From Paenibacillus sp. (GTDB taxonomy: Bacteria; Bacteroidota; Bacteroidia; Bacteroidales; Muribaculaceae): a stretch of 64,000 nucleotides of DNA. The stretch is taken from NCBI GenBank assembly GCA_023663345.1, contig JAMPHR010000001.1, forward strand, positions 199,997 through 263,996, in the 5' to 3' direction. Positions within the stretch are counted from its first letter, which is position 1. Every line of letters begins with the position of its first letter. The position numbers and the translations under genes are program-made. Positions 41,399 to 50,771 of the stretch are shown here, one piece after another. The notes under the pieces were generated by a model that was not told the origin of the DNA, did not search any database, and worked only from the letters and a program-made list of their open reading frames with translations.

Positions 41399-42289
41399 AT
41401 GAAGAAGGATATGATTTTCTTTTCGAAAGATGGTAATGGTCTGACATCAACCTCTGCTAACCATATCGCTAATCTGGCCAAGGAGTGGGTGCGCGAGATC
41501 GAGACTTCGCTTGCCAATCTTACGCTCTATTCAACGTCGGTTGCGTTGATAGGAAGCGATAATGTCAATGTATTGAGCGAGGGGGACAATGCTGATGCTC
41601 TGCGCGAGGTACGGTCGGACCTACATACTATTGCAAAAGCCAATTCGCTGATAGCGTGGCTCCGTGAGGCTATCAAGGCTAAGGAACGGCTACTGAAGGA
41701 GACGGAGGATATGTCGGTACAGGAGTATCGGAAGATGCAGGGTATTGAAGCGCCTGAGGCTCCTAAGATGGGGAAAGTTCTCACGGAGGATGAATATTAT
41801 GCGTCGCTGTCGCTTGACGAGCGTAACCGTTACTACTCGCTGGAGGCGTTGGCTTCGGTGCTCGGGAAGGCTGTGCATCCCGACGGATCGCTTGCAGAAG
41901 CCCGCGAGCAGTTGAGCGAAAGGATGAAGAAGCCTAAAAGCGTGGAGGGAACAGGCCGGGATGCTCTTATCTATACCTATGCTCCTACGGTGGAGATGAA
42001 GGTGGCCGATGAGGTGTATTTCGCTCTACAGAAGGAGTTCCGCGAAGTGCAGGCGTTGCTCAATGCCATAAAGTTCGAGTGTCATAAGGCGGTGAAAGAG
42101 TCGGAGGTAGAGGTGAGTACGGCCTATGCTGACGCTTACGCTAAGTATGATTCCGAAAGGATCAGAATCCAAAATGAGATGTCGGCATACATAAAAAAGC
42201 GTACACGAGAAATCGCTAATTACAGAATAGTGATACCTGAGTCTCTGAAGGAGATATACGAAAAAGTATCCCATCTCGGGAAAAAATAG
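41399..42289 (+). CDS. Uncharacterised predominantly alpha-helical/coiled-coil protein (GLTSTSANHIANLAKE, SLIAWLREAIKAKE motifs)
   Basis: 296-aa ORF with promoter, normal codon usage, charged amphipathic helices; no signal peptide or catalytic motif recognised. Confidence 0.85.
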   Translation: MKKDMIFFSKDGNGLTSTSANHIANLAKEWVREIETSLANLTLYSTSVALIGSDNVNVLSEGDNADALREVRSDLHTIAKANSLIAWLREAIKAKERLLKETEDMSVQEYRKMQGIEAPEAPKMGKVLTEDEYYASLSLDERNRYYSLEALASVLGKAVHPDGSLAEAREQLSERMKKPKSVEGTGRDALIYTYAPTVEMKVADEVYFALQKEFREVQALLNAIKFECHKAVKESEVEVSTAYADAYAKYDSERIRIQNEMSAYIKKRTREIANYRIVIPESLKEIYEKVSHLGKK

Positions 42290-42620
42290 GGCGGGCTGTA
42301 GGAACCTGAGAATCCGTTTGTGATGTAGGGTTCCGCATGTCGGAGGATTACGCCATTCATTGGTTAGAACCGGCACGCCTACGCTGGTGTGCCACATGTG
42401 CTAATAAGAACCAAATCTTCATAAGGGGTAAAATCCCCATGAGTTGGCCGGGCTGCAATCAATTTAGTCCGGAGGCTTCCTTTTACGGGGAGCGGTCCGG
42501 GCAATGTCGCAGATGACTTGATTGTCGGAGACTGTTCTTGTTCTTGATGCAGCTACGGGTTTTTGCTTTAGCTTTTATTCTTGATATTGTTGGCGTAAAT
42601 CCCGAGACACCAGTCCACTC
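42289..42620 (+). ncRNA. Candidate structured non-coding RNA (~330 nt) co-transcribed with the 296-aa gene
   Basis: 5'/3' closing helix 42289-42298/42611-42620; long-range helix 42345-42355/42591-42602; internal stems 42301-42334, 42372-42393, 42419-42442, 42455-42525, 42467-42502; terminator follows. Confidence 0.7.
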
Positions 42621-42621
42621 G

Positions 42622-42660
42622 GTGGCGGGGAGGTCAATCCTTCCCGTCACTTTTTTATTT
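42622..42660 (+). terminator. Intrinsic terminator
   Basis: GTGGCGGGGAGG / CCTTCCCGTCAC (12 bp, 2 G-U) + TTTTTT. Confidence 0.85.
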
Positions 42661-43530
42661 ACGGTGATATTCTCGTGATATATTGTCGAGAATTTGTTCT
42701 AACCTTTTGATCCGTTCTTGGTCTTCCCATACTATGGGATTGGAAGTCATGTTGAATGAATTTACCCGGATGTTTTTATTGATGCTATAGCATGAGAAGT
42801 CGGATGTAAGAAATTCATTCAATGTATCCGCGGTCACTATATAGGATCTTCGTGTGCGGGTGTTGCCAAAACGTCCGGATGTAGGTAGCATTACCGGGAA
42901 TATACTCCGTGCGACATAATTAGGTGGACAAGGTATCCTACAGGTTGTAAAAGGAGGTATGGTGTCGGTAATATTGTAATGATTGTTGATCTCTTTGCCC
43001 AAAAACGCATAGCTGACCACCACGCGATAAAGCGTATCTCCGGAATCATTGACAACGTATGAATCCGTGGGGCTGAAATTATCGGTAAACGGCCATGCAC
43101 GGGTAGTTGCGACTTCATATTTGCCATGCTCTCCGCTTACAGTGGTGACATCAGGAAATATCCATCGGCAAAAGAATACCACTCCCATATTCATAACGGA
43201 ACATAGAGTAAAAGCCACCATGAGGCTGTTGAGTAGACTTAATTTGGGTATCTCTTTGTATTTGGTTGATTTACGAAACGATATTGCGAATAAATACAAT
43301 GAAATCAGTCCGGAAGTTACGGTATATTCTATAGAGCAAATATGGTGAAATGCAAGGAAAAAATATAATAAAGCCCCCAATATAAATAATATAGCGATAG
43401 ATATAACCGAACTCGTCTTGCCTGGAACTTTTGCAGAATTACTCTTAGCCATTTGACTTAGCCAATATCCGGATAGTTGCCAAAACAATATGGATATAAT
43501 GATAAAGAGGGTCAGAGCAAGTGCTTCCAT
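42655..43530 (-). CDS. Hypothetical membrane protein (about 4 N-terminal TM helices plus a soluble domain)
   Basis: 291-aa ORF, low GC, -7 element TAACTTTG at 43559-43566 on the minus strand. Confidence 0.7.
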   Translation of the reverse strand: MEALALTLFIIISILFWQLSGYWLSQMAKSNSAKVPGKTSSVISIAILFILGALLYFFLAFHHICSIEYTVTSGLISLYLFAISFRKSTKYKEIPKLSLLNSLMVAFTLCSVMNMGVVFFCRWIFPDVTTVSGEHGKYEVATTRAWPFTDNFSPTDSYVVNDSGDTLYRVVVSYAFLGKEINNHYNITDTIPPFTTCRIPCPPNYVARSIFPVMLPTSGRFGNTRTRRSYIVTADTLNEFLTSDFSCYSINKNIRVNSFNMTSNPIVWEDQERIKRLEQILDNISREYHRK

Positions 43531-43609
43531 GGGGTTAATCTGTTCTTCTATTATGCGCCAAAGTTACAAAAAAGTATGGGACCGAAGCAACCTATATACA
43601 CGTGAAATT

Positions 43610-43802
43610 ATATAAGTAAGTCTTAAAAATTAACCGCTATATGTAAGTCCTAAAGAGCTTGCCCAATAAATCTTGTTCTTTTTGGCTATTTTGGCATTGT
43701 CACTCAGTCGCATAGCTCGCTATGCTCCTTCATTCCGCAACCAAAATATCTCAAAAATAACTGCGATTTATATGTGCATTAATTTTTACGACTTACTTAT
43801 AT
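43610..43802. mobile_element. MITE-like ~190-bp palindromic element
   Basis: 24-bp terminal inverted repeats (1 mismatch) 43610-43633 / 43779-43802; nested internal inverted arms; central GCATAGC-TC-GCTATGC. Confidence 0.65.
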
Positions 43803-43833
43803 CTGAATATTAAAATGCGGTCATGCCTATTAT

Positions 43834-43968
43834 AGGACGTCTTCGACGCCCGTTTTGATGGTTAATTCGTTTCCCCGTGCCTCGCGTCTGGATGCAAATT
43901 TTGCCCTGACGGGCAATTTGCATCCGCCGCTCGTGACAGGGCTACGATTACATCGCCCCGTTGGGGCT
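43834..43968. repeat. REP-like cluster of GC-rich hairpins
   Basis: GGATGCAAATT(TT)GCCC-TGAC-GGGCAATTTGCATCC 43890-43925; GCCCC-GTT-GGGGC 43955-43967. Confidence 0.55.
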
Positions 43969-44180
43969 TATGTTTTGCTGTCGTAGGAAGATTGGTATTT
44001 ATATAGTAGCCGATATGGTAGTTCCATAAAGTATGGACTTCACGCCTCATATAAGCAGTGGTAAAGGAGTCTCATGGCCTATTAAAGAATGGTCCAAATA
44101 TAATGAGGTTAAGGCTATAATAATGGGTCAGCGGATTTTTCCAGTTGGCAACGATCTATGTCAATCGATAAAAACGTAAA

Positions 44181-44218
44181 TAAAATGGAGCGCAACTCAG
44201 CGAGTTGCACTCCGTTTA
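44181..44218 (-). terminator. dnaK terminator
   Basis: AAATGGAGCGCAACTC / GAGTTGCACTCCGTTT with A-run on +. Confidence 0.75.
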
Positions 44219-44248
44219 TATGGATTTAGATATTTCTAAATTGATGGA

Positions 44249-46171
44249 TTACTTGACTTCCTCGAACTCTACGTCGTCCACGTGGCCGTCGCCGGAGTTG
44301 GGGTTGGAGCCGGGCTGGGGGCCGTAATTGGCACCTGCACCGGGGGCACCTGCACCACCTGTTGTTGCCTGCTGGGCGTTGAGGATCTCCTGCTGGATAG
44401 CACCGAAGGTATTCTGAATCGAAGCGATGGCGCTGTCGATACCTGCAAGATCCTGAGCCTTGTGAGCCTCTTTCAGCTTGTTGAGGTCGTTCTCGATAGC
44501 AGCCTTCTTGTCGGCAGGGATCTTATCGCCGAGCTCCTGAATCTGCTTCTCGGTCTGGAAGATGATGGTGTCAGCCTGATTGAGCTTGTCAATCTTCTCC
44601 TTTTCCTTGGCATCGGCTGCGGCGTTAGCCTCGGCCTCTTTCTTCATTCGCTCGATCTCAGCATCGGTAAGACCGCTTGAAGCCTCAATACGGATGCTCT
44701 GCTCCTTGCCTGTAGCCTTATCCTTGGCAGATACGTTAAGAATACCGTTGGCATCTACCTCGAAGGTAACCTCGATCTGAGGTATGCCACGGGGAGCGGG
44801 TGCGATACCATCAAGATGGAACTTGCCGAGAGTCTTGTCGTCCTTAGCCATAGGACGCTCGCCCTGGAGAACGTGGATCTCAACTGAAGGCTGGTTGTCG
44901 GCTGCAGTAGAGAATGTCTCGCTCTTACGGGTAGGAATTGTAGTGTTGGCCTCGATCATCTTGGTCATCACGCCACCGAGGGTCTCGATACCGATTGACA
45001 GAGGCACAACGTCAAGAAGAAGCACGTCCTTGACATCGCCTGAGAGGACACCGCCCTGGATGGCTGCACCTACGGCAACTACCTCATCGGGGTTAACGCC
45101 CTTGGAAGGAGCCTTGCCGAAGAATTTCTCAACAACCTGCTGGATAGCGGGGATACGGGTAGAACCACCTACGAGGATCACTTCGTCAATGTCCTTAGGA
45201 GTCATGCCTGCATCCTTAAGGGCCTGCTCACAGGGCTTGATGGTAGCCTGGATGAGCTTGTCGGCAAGCTGCTCGAACTGAGCACGGGTCAAAGTCTTGA
45301 CAAGGTGCTTAGGACCGGTAGCGGTGGCAGTGATGTAGGGGAGGTTGATCTCGGTGGAAGTGGTCGAAGAAAGCTCGATCTTAGCCTTCTCGGCAGCCTC
45401 CTTAAGTCTCTGGAGAGCCATAGCATCCTGACGGAGATCGATGCCTTCCTCCTTCTTGAATTCGTCGGCAAGCCAGTCGATGATCACGTGGTCGAAGTCA
45501 TCACCACCGAGGTGGGTATCACCGTTGGTAGACTTAACCTCAAACACGCCGTCGCCAAGCTCAAGGATTGAGATATCAAATGTACCACCACCGAGGTCGA
45601 ATACAGCAATCTTCTGATCCTTGTCGCTCTTATCGAGACCATAGGCAAGGGCTGCTGCTGTAGGCTCGTTAACAATACGCTTTACAGTAAGACCAGCAAT
45701 CTCGCCGGCCTCCTTGGTGGCCTGACGCTGAGCGTCGTTGAAGTAGGCGGGCACTGTGATCACAGCCTCGCTTACTGACTGACCCAGATAATCCTCAGCG
45801 GTCTTCTTCATCTTCTGAAGGATCATGGCTGAAATTTCCTGGGGTGTATAGTCGCGTCCGTCAATGTCGACGCGGGGAGTGTTGTTGTCGCTACGTACAA
45901 CTTTATAAGGCACTCGATCAATCTCCTTGGCTACCTGGTCGTAGGTCTCGCCCATGAAACGCTTGATAGAATTGATGGTGCGTTTAGGGTTGGTGATAGC
46001 CTGACGCTTGGCAGGATCGCCTACCTTACGCTCGCCACCATCTACGAATGCTACGATTGAAGGGGTGGTGTTGCGACCTTCGCTGTTAGGAATAACGACG
46101 GGGTCGTTACCCTCAAGAACAGATACGCACGAGTTGGTTGTGCCAAGGTCAATACCGATAATTTTTCCCAT
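44249..46171 (-). CDS. dnaK: Molecular chaperone DnaK (Hsp70)
   Basis: [33 protein letters not shown]. Confidence 0.99.
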   Translation of the reverse strand: MGKIIGIDLGTTNSCVSVLEGNDPVVIPNSEGRNTTPSIVAFVDGGERKVGDPAKRQAITNPKRTINSIKRFMGETYDQVAKEIDRVPYKVVRSDNNTPRVDIDGRDYTPQEISAMILQKMKKTAEDYLGQSVSEAVITVPAYFNDAQRQATKEAGEIAGLTVKRIVNEPTAAALAYGLDKSDKDQKIAVFDLGGGTFDISILELGDGVFEVKSTNGDTHLGGDDFDHVIIDWLADEFKKEEGIDLRQDAMALQRLKEAAEKAKIELSSTTSTEINLPYITATATGPKHLVKTLTRAQFEQLADKLIQATIKPCEQALKDAGMTPKDIDEVILVGGSTRIPAIQQVVEKFFGKAPSKGVNPDEVVAVGAAIQGGVLSGDVKDVLLLDVVPLSIGIETLGGVMTKMIEANTTIPTRKSETFSTAADNQPSVEIHVLQGERPMAKDDKTLGKFHLDGIAPAPRGIPQIEVTFEVDANGILNVSAKDKATGKEQSIRIEASSGLTDAEIERMKKEAEANAAADAKEKEKIDKLNQADTIIFQTEKQIQELGDKIPADKKAAIENDLNKLKEAHKAQDLAGIDSAIASIQNTFGAIQQEILNAQQATTGGAGAPGAGANYGPQPGSNPNSGDGHVDDVEFEEVK

Positions 46172-46263
46172 AGTTGATTGTGTTTTATATTATTTGTTTT
46201 TATTTTTTAATTAATGCGGATAACGGTAAGCTTGATAGCTTTCGTCCCGGCACTCATTAATGA

Positions 46264-46280
46264 AACAAATATCGTGCCAA
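46264..46280 (-). promoter_or_regulatory. Sigma54-like -24/-12 promoter upstream of dnaK
   Basis: Minus strand TTGGCACGATATTTGTT vs consensus YTGGCACGNNNNTTGCW. Confidence 0.55.
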
Positions 46281-46355
46281 AAATGTTGCAATAAAAATTC
46301 GGCCATATCGTGACAATATGACCGAATTATGCTGACAAAAGAGGTAAAAACGGTG

Positions 46356-47390
46356 TCAGAGCAGTTCTATGCCGGCCTCGGCACATTGTTTTATCTGCTC
46401 CTCGGGCCAGATTGAGGCCTGTACCTCTCCGATATGGGCCTTGTGAAGCAGGAACATGCACAAGCGGCTCTGTCCGATGCCTCCGCCGATGGAGTAGGGT
46501 AGTTCACCGTTGAGAAGCATACGGTGGAATGTGAGGTTAGCTTTCTCGGGACATCCTCTCAGCTCGAGCTGGCGGGTCAGGGATTCGGGACTCACGCGTA
46601 TGCCCATCGATGACAGTTCAAACGGAATGTCGAGCACATGGTTCCACACAAGGATATCTCCATTAAGACCTGCGTATCCAGCCTCGTTGACGGTGCTCCA
46701 GTCGTCATAGTCGGGGGCGCGTCCGTCATGAGGCTTGCCGTCGCACAGGTCGGCGCCTATACCTATAATAAATACGGCTCCGTATTTTTTTGTCACGAGG
46801 GCTTCCCGTTCCTTAGGGGTAAGATCGGGATATTCGCGGGCCAGATCCTCGGCATAGATAAACGTGATGTCCTCAGGGAGTGTGGGGGTGATGTGGGGGA
46901 AACGTTCGTACACGAGCGCTTCGACCTTGCGGATGGCTCCATATATCTTATTGACTGTCTCCTTGAGGTATTCTATGTTGCGGTCTTCTTCACGAATAGT
47001 CTTTTCCCAGTCCCATTGGTCGACATAAAGTGAGTGAAGATTGTCGAGATCCTCGAATGTGCGGATAGCATTCATATCGGTGTACAGGCCGAATCCAGCG
47101 GGTATGCCGTAAGCCCCGAGTTTATAGCGTTTCCATTTTGCGAGCGAGTGAACGACCTCGGCCCTGCGCGAATCCATAGCGTCGATGGAGAACGACACGG
47201 CATGTTCCACGCCGTTGAGATCGTCGTTCAGACCAGTACCTGTGAGAAGAAAGAGCGGGGCGGTGACGCGCCTGAGATTCAGAGCCTGGGCAAGAGATGC
47301 CTGAAATGAGTCCTTGATCATTTTGATGGCAATTTCGGTGGTCTCGGGCAATAGTTTGCGACGATAGGGTTTTGGAATTATGAGTGACAT
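46356..47390 (-). CDS. asnA: Aspartate--ammonia ligase
   Basis: EVVHSLAKWKR, YVDQWDWE, GRAPDYDDW, IGGGIGQSR. Confidence 0.97.
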   Translation of the reverse strand: MSLIIPKPYRRKLLPETTEIAIKMIKDSFQASLAQALNLRRVTAPLFLLTGTGLNDDLNGVEHAVSFSIDAMDSRRAEVVHSLAKWKRYKLGAYGIPAGFGLYTDMNAIRTFEDLDNLHSLYVDQWDWEKTIREEDRNIEYLKETVNKIYGAIRKVEALVYERFPHITPTLPEDITFIYAEDLAREYPDLTPKEREALVTKKYGAVFIIGIGADLCDGKPHDGRAPDYDDWSTVNEAGYAGLNGDILVWNHVLDIPFELSSMGIRVSPESLTRQLELRGCPEKANLTFHRMLLNGELPYSIGGGIGQSRLCMFLLHKAHIGEVQASIWPEEQIKQCAEAGIELL

Positions 47391-47645
47391 AATGTGTTTT
47401 TTTACTATCCGGCTTGCGATATAGCCTTTTAAATTGATAATTGTTTTGCAAAGGTATATTCAAATTTTTATAAATGCAAGCGAAATGATAAATAAATTTG
47501 CATGACGCTATCAAAATGTATAAAAATAATGATATATGCCTGTCAAAATGTCATTGCGATGTGCGCTTTAAGTCAGAGATGACGTAAAATTTATATATGT
47601 AACTGTTGCCTTGATGTCAATGAAAAATACTATATTTGCAGTGTA

Positions 47646-48230
47646 ATGAACCAAGATCCTGAATACATCCGAGATATAGAAACAGCCGTTGCCGTAATGA
47701 AGAATGGCGGTGTCATAGCCTATCCCACCGATACAGTGTGGGGGATCGGGTGTGATGCCACAAATGATGCGGCGGTGAAGCGTATTTATGAGATAAAGCA
47801 CCGATCGGATAGCAAGGCGCTTATCACGCTTGTGAGTGATGAGGATATGCTGTTGCGACATGTCGACGGAGATGTCATGGCAGTGTGTCATGATATATTG
47901 CAGGCATCCGACAGGCCGACTACTGTGGTATATCCCCATGGACGTGATCTCGCACCCTCGCTTCTCGCATCGGATGGAAGTGTGGGTATAAGGATTACCA
48001 AGGGTGGTTTTCCAGGAGATCTGTGCCGGACCATGGGGTGTCCTGTGGTGTCGACTTCGGCAAATATCAGCGGAGAACCGGCGGCGAGTGTTTTCGGAGA
48101 GATATCCCAGGATATCATCAGTGCGGTTGATTATGTGGCATTGACCGGTAGAGAGGCCGAAGCGCCTTCACGTCCATCGAGAGTGGTCAAGATCACCGAT
48201 GACGGAGGGATAATAATTCTTCGTGACTAA
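47646..48230 (+). CDS. tsaC: L-threonylcarbamoyladenylate synthase (YrdC/Sua5 family)
   Basis: YPTDTVWGIGC, K.R, STSANISG. Confidence 0.92.
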   Translation: MNQDPEYIRDIETAVAVMKNGGVIAYPTDTVWGIGCDATNDAAVKRIYEIKHRSDSKALITLVSDEDMLLRHVDGDVMAVCHDILQASDRPTTVVYPHGRDLAPSLLASDGSVGIRITKGGFPGDLCRTMGCPVVSTSANISGEPAASVFGEISQDIISAVDYVALTGREAEAPSRPSRVVKITDDGGIIILRD

Positions 48231-48241
48231 TTGTTTGAGAG

Positions 48242-48880
48242 ATGCAGGAGGGCATTGTGAGTCAGAGTCATGTTCTCACCGATTGTCATGTCGGTGGGTC
48301 GATTGTTGCGGGTAAGCGTGCAGTCGACATATCGCTTGCGTTGCTCGGGCTCATAGCAGCTGTGCCTATAATTCTGGTCCTGGGGATACTTATAAAAGTG
48401 CAGAGCCCGGGTCCGGTGGTGTATTCTCAGAAACGCGTGGGTTTGCACCGCAAACCGTTCAGAATGTATAAGCTGAGATCTATGGTGACGGATGCGGAGG
48501 CTGATGGCCCGCAACTGTCATATCCGGGAGATGTGCGTGTCATACCGGTGGGAAGATTCATGAGGAAGTATCATCTTGACGAGATACCGAATCTATGGAA
48601 TGTCCTGGCAGGTGACATGTCGATCGTGGGCCCGCGACCTGAAAGGGAATATTTTATTGATAAGATAGAGACCCGTGCACCTGAGTATGAGAAGTTGCTC
48701 AGAATCAAGCCCGGCTTGACATCATGGGGGATGGTCAAATATGGCTATGCGTATGATGTGGATGGAATGATAAGCCGGATGAAGTATGATATGATCTATC
48801 TTGATGAGATGTCAATGTGGTTTGACATAAAGATAATGTGTCATACCGTTTTGACAGTGATGCGCGGAGAGGGTAAATAA
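48242..48880 (+). CDS. Bacterial sugar transferase (polyprenyl-phosphate phosphoglycosyltransferase, Bac_transf)
   Basis: KRAVDI, YKLRSM, LDEIP, GDMSIVGPRPE, KPGLT. Confidence 0.92.
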   Translation: MQEGIVSQSHVLTDCHVGGSIVAGKRAVDISLALLGLIAAVPIILVLGILIKVQSPGPVVYSQKRVGLHRKPFRMYKLRSMVTDAEADGPQLSYPGDVRVIPVGRFMRKYHLDEIPNLWNVLAGDMSIVGPRPEREYFIDKIETRAPEYEKLLRIKPGLTSWGMVKYGYAYDVDGMISRMKYDMIYLDEMSMWFDIKIMCHTVLTVMRGEGK

Positions 48881-48892
48881 TAAAGAGACAAA

Positions 48893-50707
48893 ATGGCAGG
48901 TGTTATTCATACAATAGATAATATAGGCTCAAAATTTGAGTCGGCGTTCATGCGGCTGCTCGTGTGGCGTGAACGTCACATCAAGGAAAAGACTTTCGTG
49001 ATAATACTCGCACTTGTGGTGGGTGTACTCGGTGGCTTTGCGGCACTTGTGCTGAAATGGCTTATCCATGCCATATCAGGATTCCTCACGGCCCACATGT
49101 CAATATCGTCGGGCAACTACATGTATCTGTTGTATCCGTTGGCCGGTATATTGATCACGAGTCTGTATGTGAAGTTTGTTGTGAGGGACAATATCTCACA
49201 TGGTGTGACAAGGGTGCTCTACGCCCTGTCGCAGAACAAGTCGAGATTGAAGAAGCACAACATGTACACCTCGGTCTTCGCATCGTCGATAACCATAGGA
49301 TTCGGCGGATCGGTGGGAGCCGAGGGCCCAATAGTGTACACGGGAGCAGCCATAGGCAGTAATCTCGGGCGTGTGTTCCGCATGTCGCCCCGTATTCTCA
49401 TGATACTCGTGGGGTGTGGAGCGGCAGCCGGTATAGCCGGTATCTTCAAGGCGCCGATTGCCGGAATGCTTTTCACGCTTGAGGTACTGATGATAGATCT
49501 CACCACCGTATCGGTGATGCCATTGCTCATAGCCTCGATCACGGCCGCTACTGTGGCATACGTTTTCACGGGTTACGATGTGGAATTTTTCTTTGTGCAG
49601 AGTGAGCCGTTTCAGACGTGGAAGATACCTTATGTGATAATAATGGGTGTGTTTCTCGGATTTGTGTCACTGTATTTCACCCGCACGATGAACATGATGG
49701 AGAAGCTGTTCAAAAAGCTTCATACACCATGGAAGAAGGTGATGGTGGGCGGTGGTATTCTGGCTTTGCTTGTGTTCCTTTTCCCTCCGCTGTATGGAGA
49801 AGGCTATACCTCGATAACCCATCTGCTCAACGATAATGCCTCGACGATCGTGAATAATTCGATATTCTATGACGATCGAGCCAATGTGTGGTGGATACTT
49901 GGTTTCATAGGTGCACTTGTGTTGCTCAAGGCATTTGCCACCTCGGCGACCAACGGTGGCGGAGGAGTAGGTGGAACGTTTGCACCGTCACTATTCGTGG
50001 GGTGCATGTCGGGCTATTTCTTCGCCTACGGACTCAATATCCTATTCGGTCTCGATCTCCCTTGCCGTAATTTTGCCCTTATGGGGATGGCAGGTGTGAT
50101 GTCGGGCGTGATGCATGCCCCGCTTATGGGTATCTTCCTCACGGCCGAGCTCACAGGCGGATATGATCTGTTTTTGCCGTTGCTCATGGCATCGACCATC
50201 TCGTATGGCACAATAAAGATGTTTGAGCCATATAGCATATACACTATGCGACTTGCACGTGAGGGCAAGCTCCTGACCCATCACAAGGACCGTGCGGTGC
50301 TCACTCTGCTTAAGATGGGTAATGTCATAGAAACTGACTTTGTGACAGTGCGTCCTGACATGAACCTAAAGGAGATGGTTGGAGCGATATCGAGGTCGAC
50401 CCGAAATCTGTTTCCGGTAGTCGACGGCAAGGGTGTGATGCTCGGCGTGGTACTTCTGGATGAGATACGCAATATAATGTTCCGCCCTGATCTGTATAAA
50501 CGTATGCATGTACACCAGTTCATGTCTATTCCTCCGGCATACGTGAAGGAGGGGCAGAGCATGGAAGAGGTCATGAAGGCGTTTGATGACACTTCGGCTT
50601 GGAATCTGCCTGTGGTGGATGAGGATGGCCGATATGTGGGCTTCGTATCCAAATCCAAGATATTCAATTCCTACAGGCGCGTGTTGAGACACTACTCCGA
50701 GGATTGA
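48893..50707 (+). CDS. ClC chloride channel/antiporter with CBS domains
   Basis: GGSVGAEGP, GGTFAP, C-terminal CBS pair. Confidence 0.93.
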   Translation: MAGVIHTIDNIGSKFESAFMRLLVWRERHIKEKTFVIILALVVGVLGGFAALVLKWLIHAISGFLTAHMSISSGNYMYLLYPLAGILITSLYVKFVVRDNISHGVTRVLYALSQNKSRLKKHNMYTSVFASSITIGFGGSVGAEGPIVYTGAAIGSNLGRVFRMSPRILMILVGCGAAAGIAGIFKAPIAGMLFTLEVLMIDLTTVSVMPLLIASITAATVAYVFTGYDVEFFFVQSEPFQTWKIPYVIIMGVFLGFVSLYFTRTMNMMEKLFKKLHTPWKKVMVGGGILALLVFLFPPLYGEGYTSITHLLNDNASTIVNNSIFYDDRANVWWILGFIGALVLLKAFATSATNGGGGVGGTFAPSLFVGCMSGYFFAYGLNILFGLDLPCRNFALMGMAGVMSGVMHAPLMGIFLTAELTGGYDLFLPLLMASTISYGTIKMFEPYSIYTMRLAREGKLLTHHKDRAVLTLLKMGNVIETDFVTVRPDMNLKEMVGAISRSTRNLFPVVDGKGVMLGVVLLDEIRNIMFRPDLYKRMHVHQFMSIPPAYVKEGQSMEEVMKAFDDTSAWNLPVVDEDGRYVGFVSKSKIFNSYRRVLRHYSED

Positions 50708-50739
50708 TGCCGGGGTAATCACTAAAGTAAGAATACAAA

Positions 50740-50768
50740 AATGGCACGCTCAATATCGGCGTGCCATT
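50740..50768. terminator. Bidirectional terminator
   Basis: AATGGCACGC / GCGTGCCATT with flanking A/T runs between convergent genes. Confidence 0.75.
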
Positions 50769-50771
50769 ATT

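Noticed and set aside
42326-42335. TAGGGTTCCG, matching the 5' conserved segment of ykkC-yxkD (guanidine-I/ppGpp/PRPP) riboswitches
   Set aside because: The remaining ykkC consensus segments are not properly present and there is no same-strand downstream gene to regulate.
42026-42397. 123-aa minus-strand ORF across the protein/ncRNA junction
   Set aside because: Antisense to a real gene, non-ATG start, no recognisable features.
42289-42620. Assignment of the RNA as tRNA, tmRNA, RNase P, 6S, group I/II intron or retron msr-msd
   Set aside because: No T-loop/CCA end, RNase P P4 consensus, domain V or adjacent reverse transcriptase was seen.
42547-42678. 43-aa hydrophobic ORF (MQLRVFALAFILDIVG...) over the hexamer tract, a possible type I toxin
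   Set aside because: It runs through the intrinsic terminator and into the convergent gene, and the periodicity starts upstream of its ATG in another frame. Ribosome profiling would settle it.
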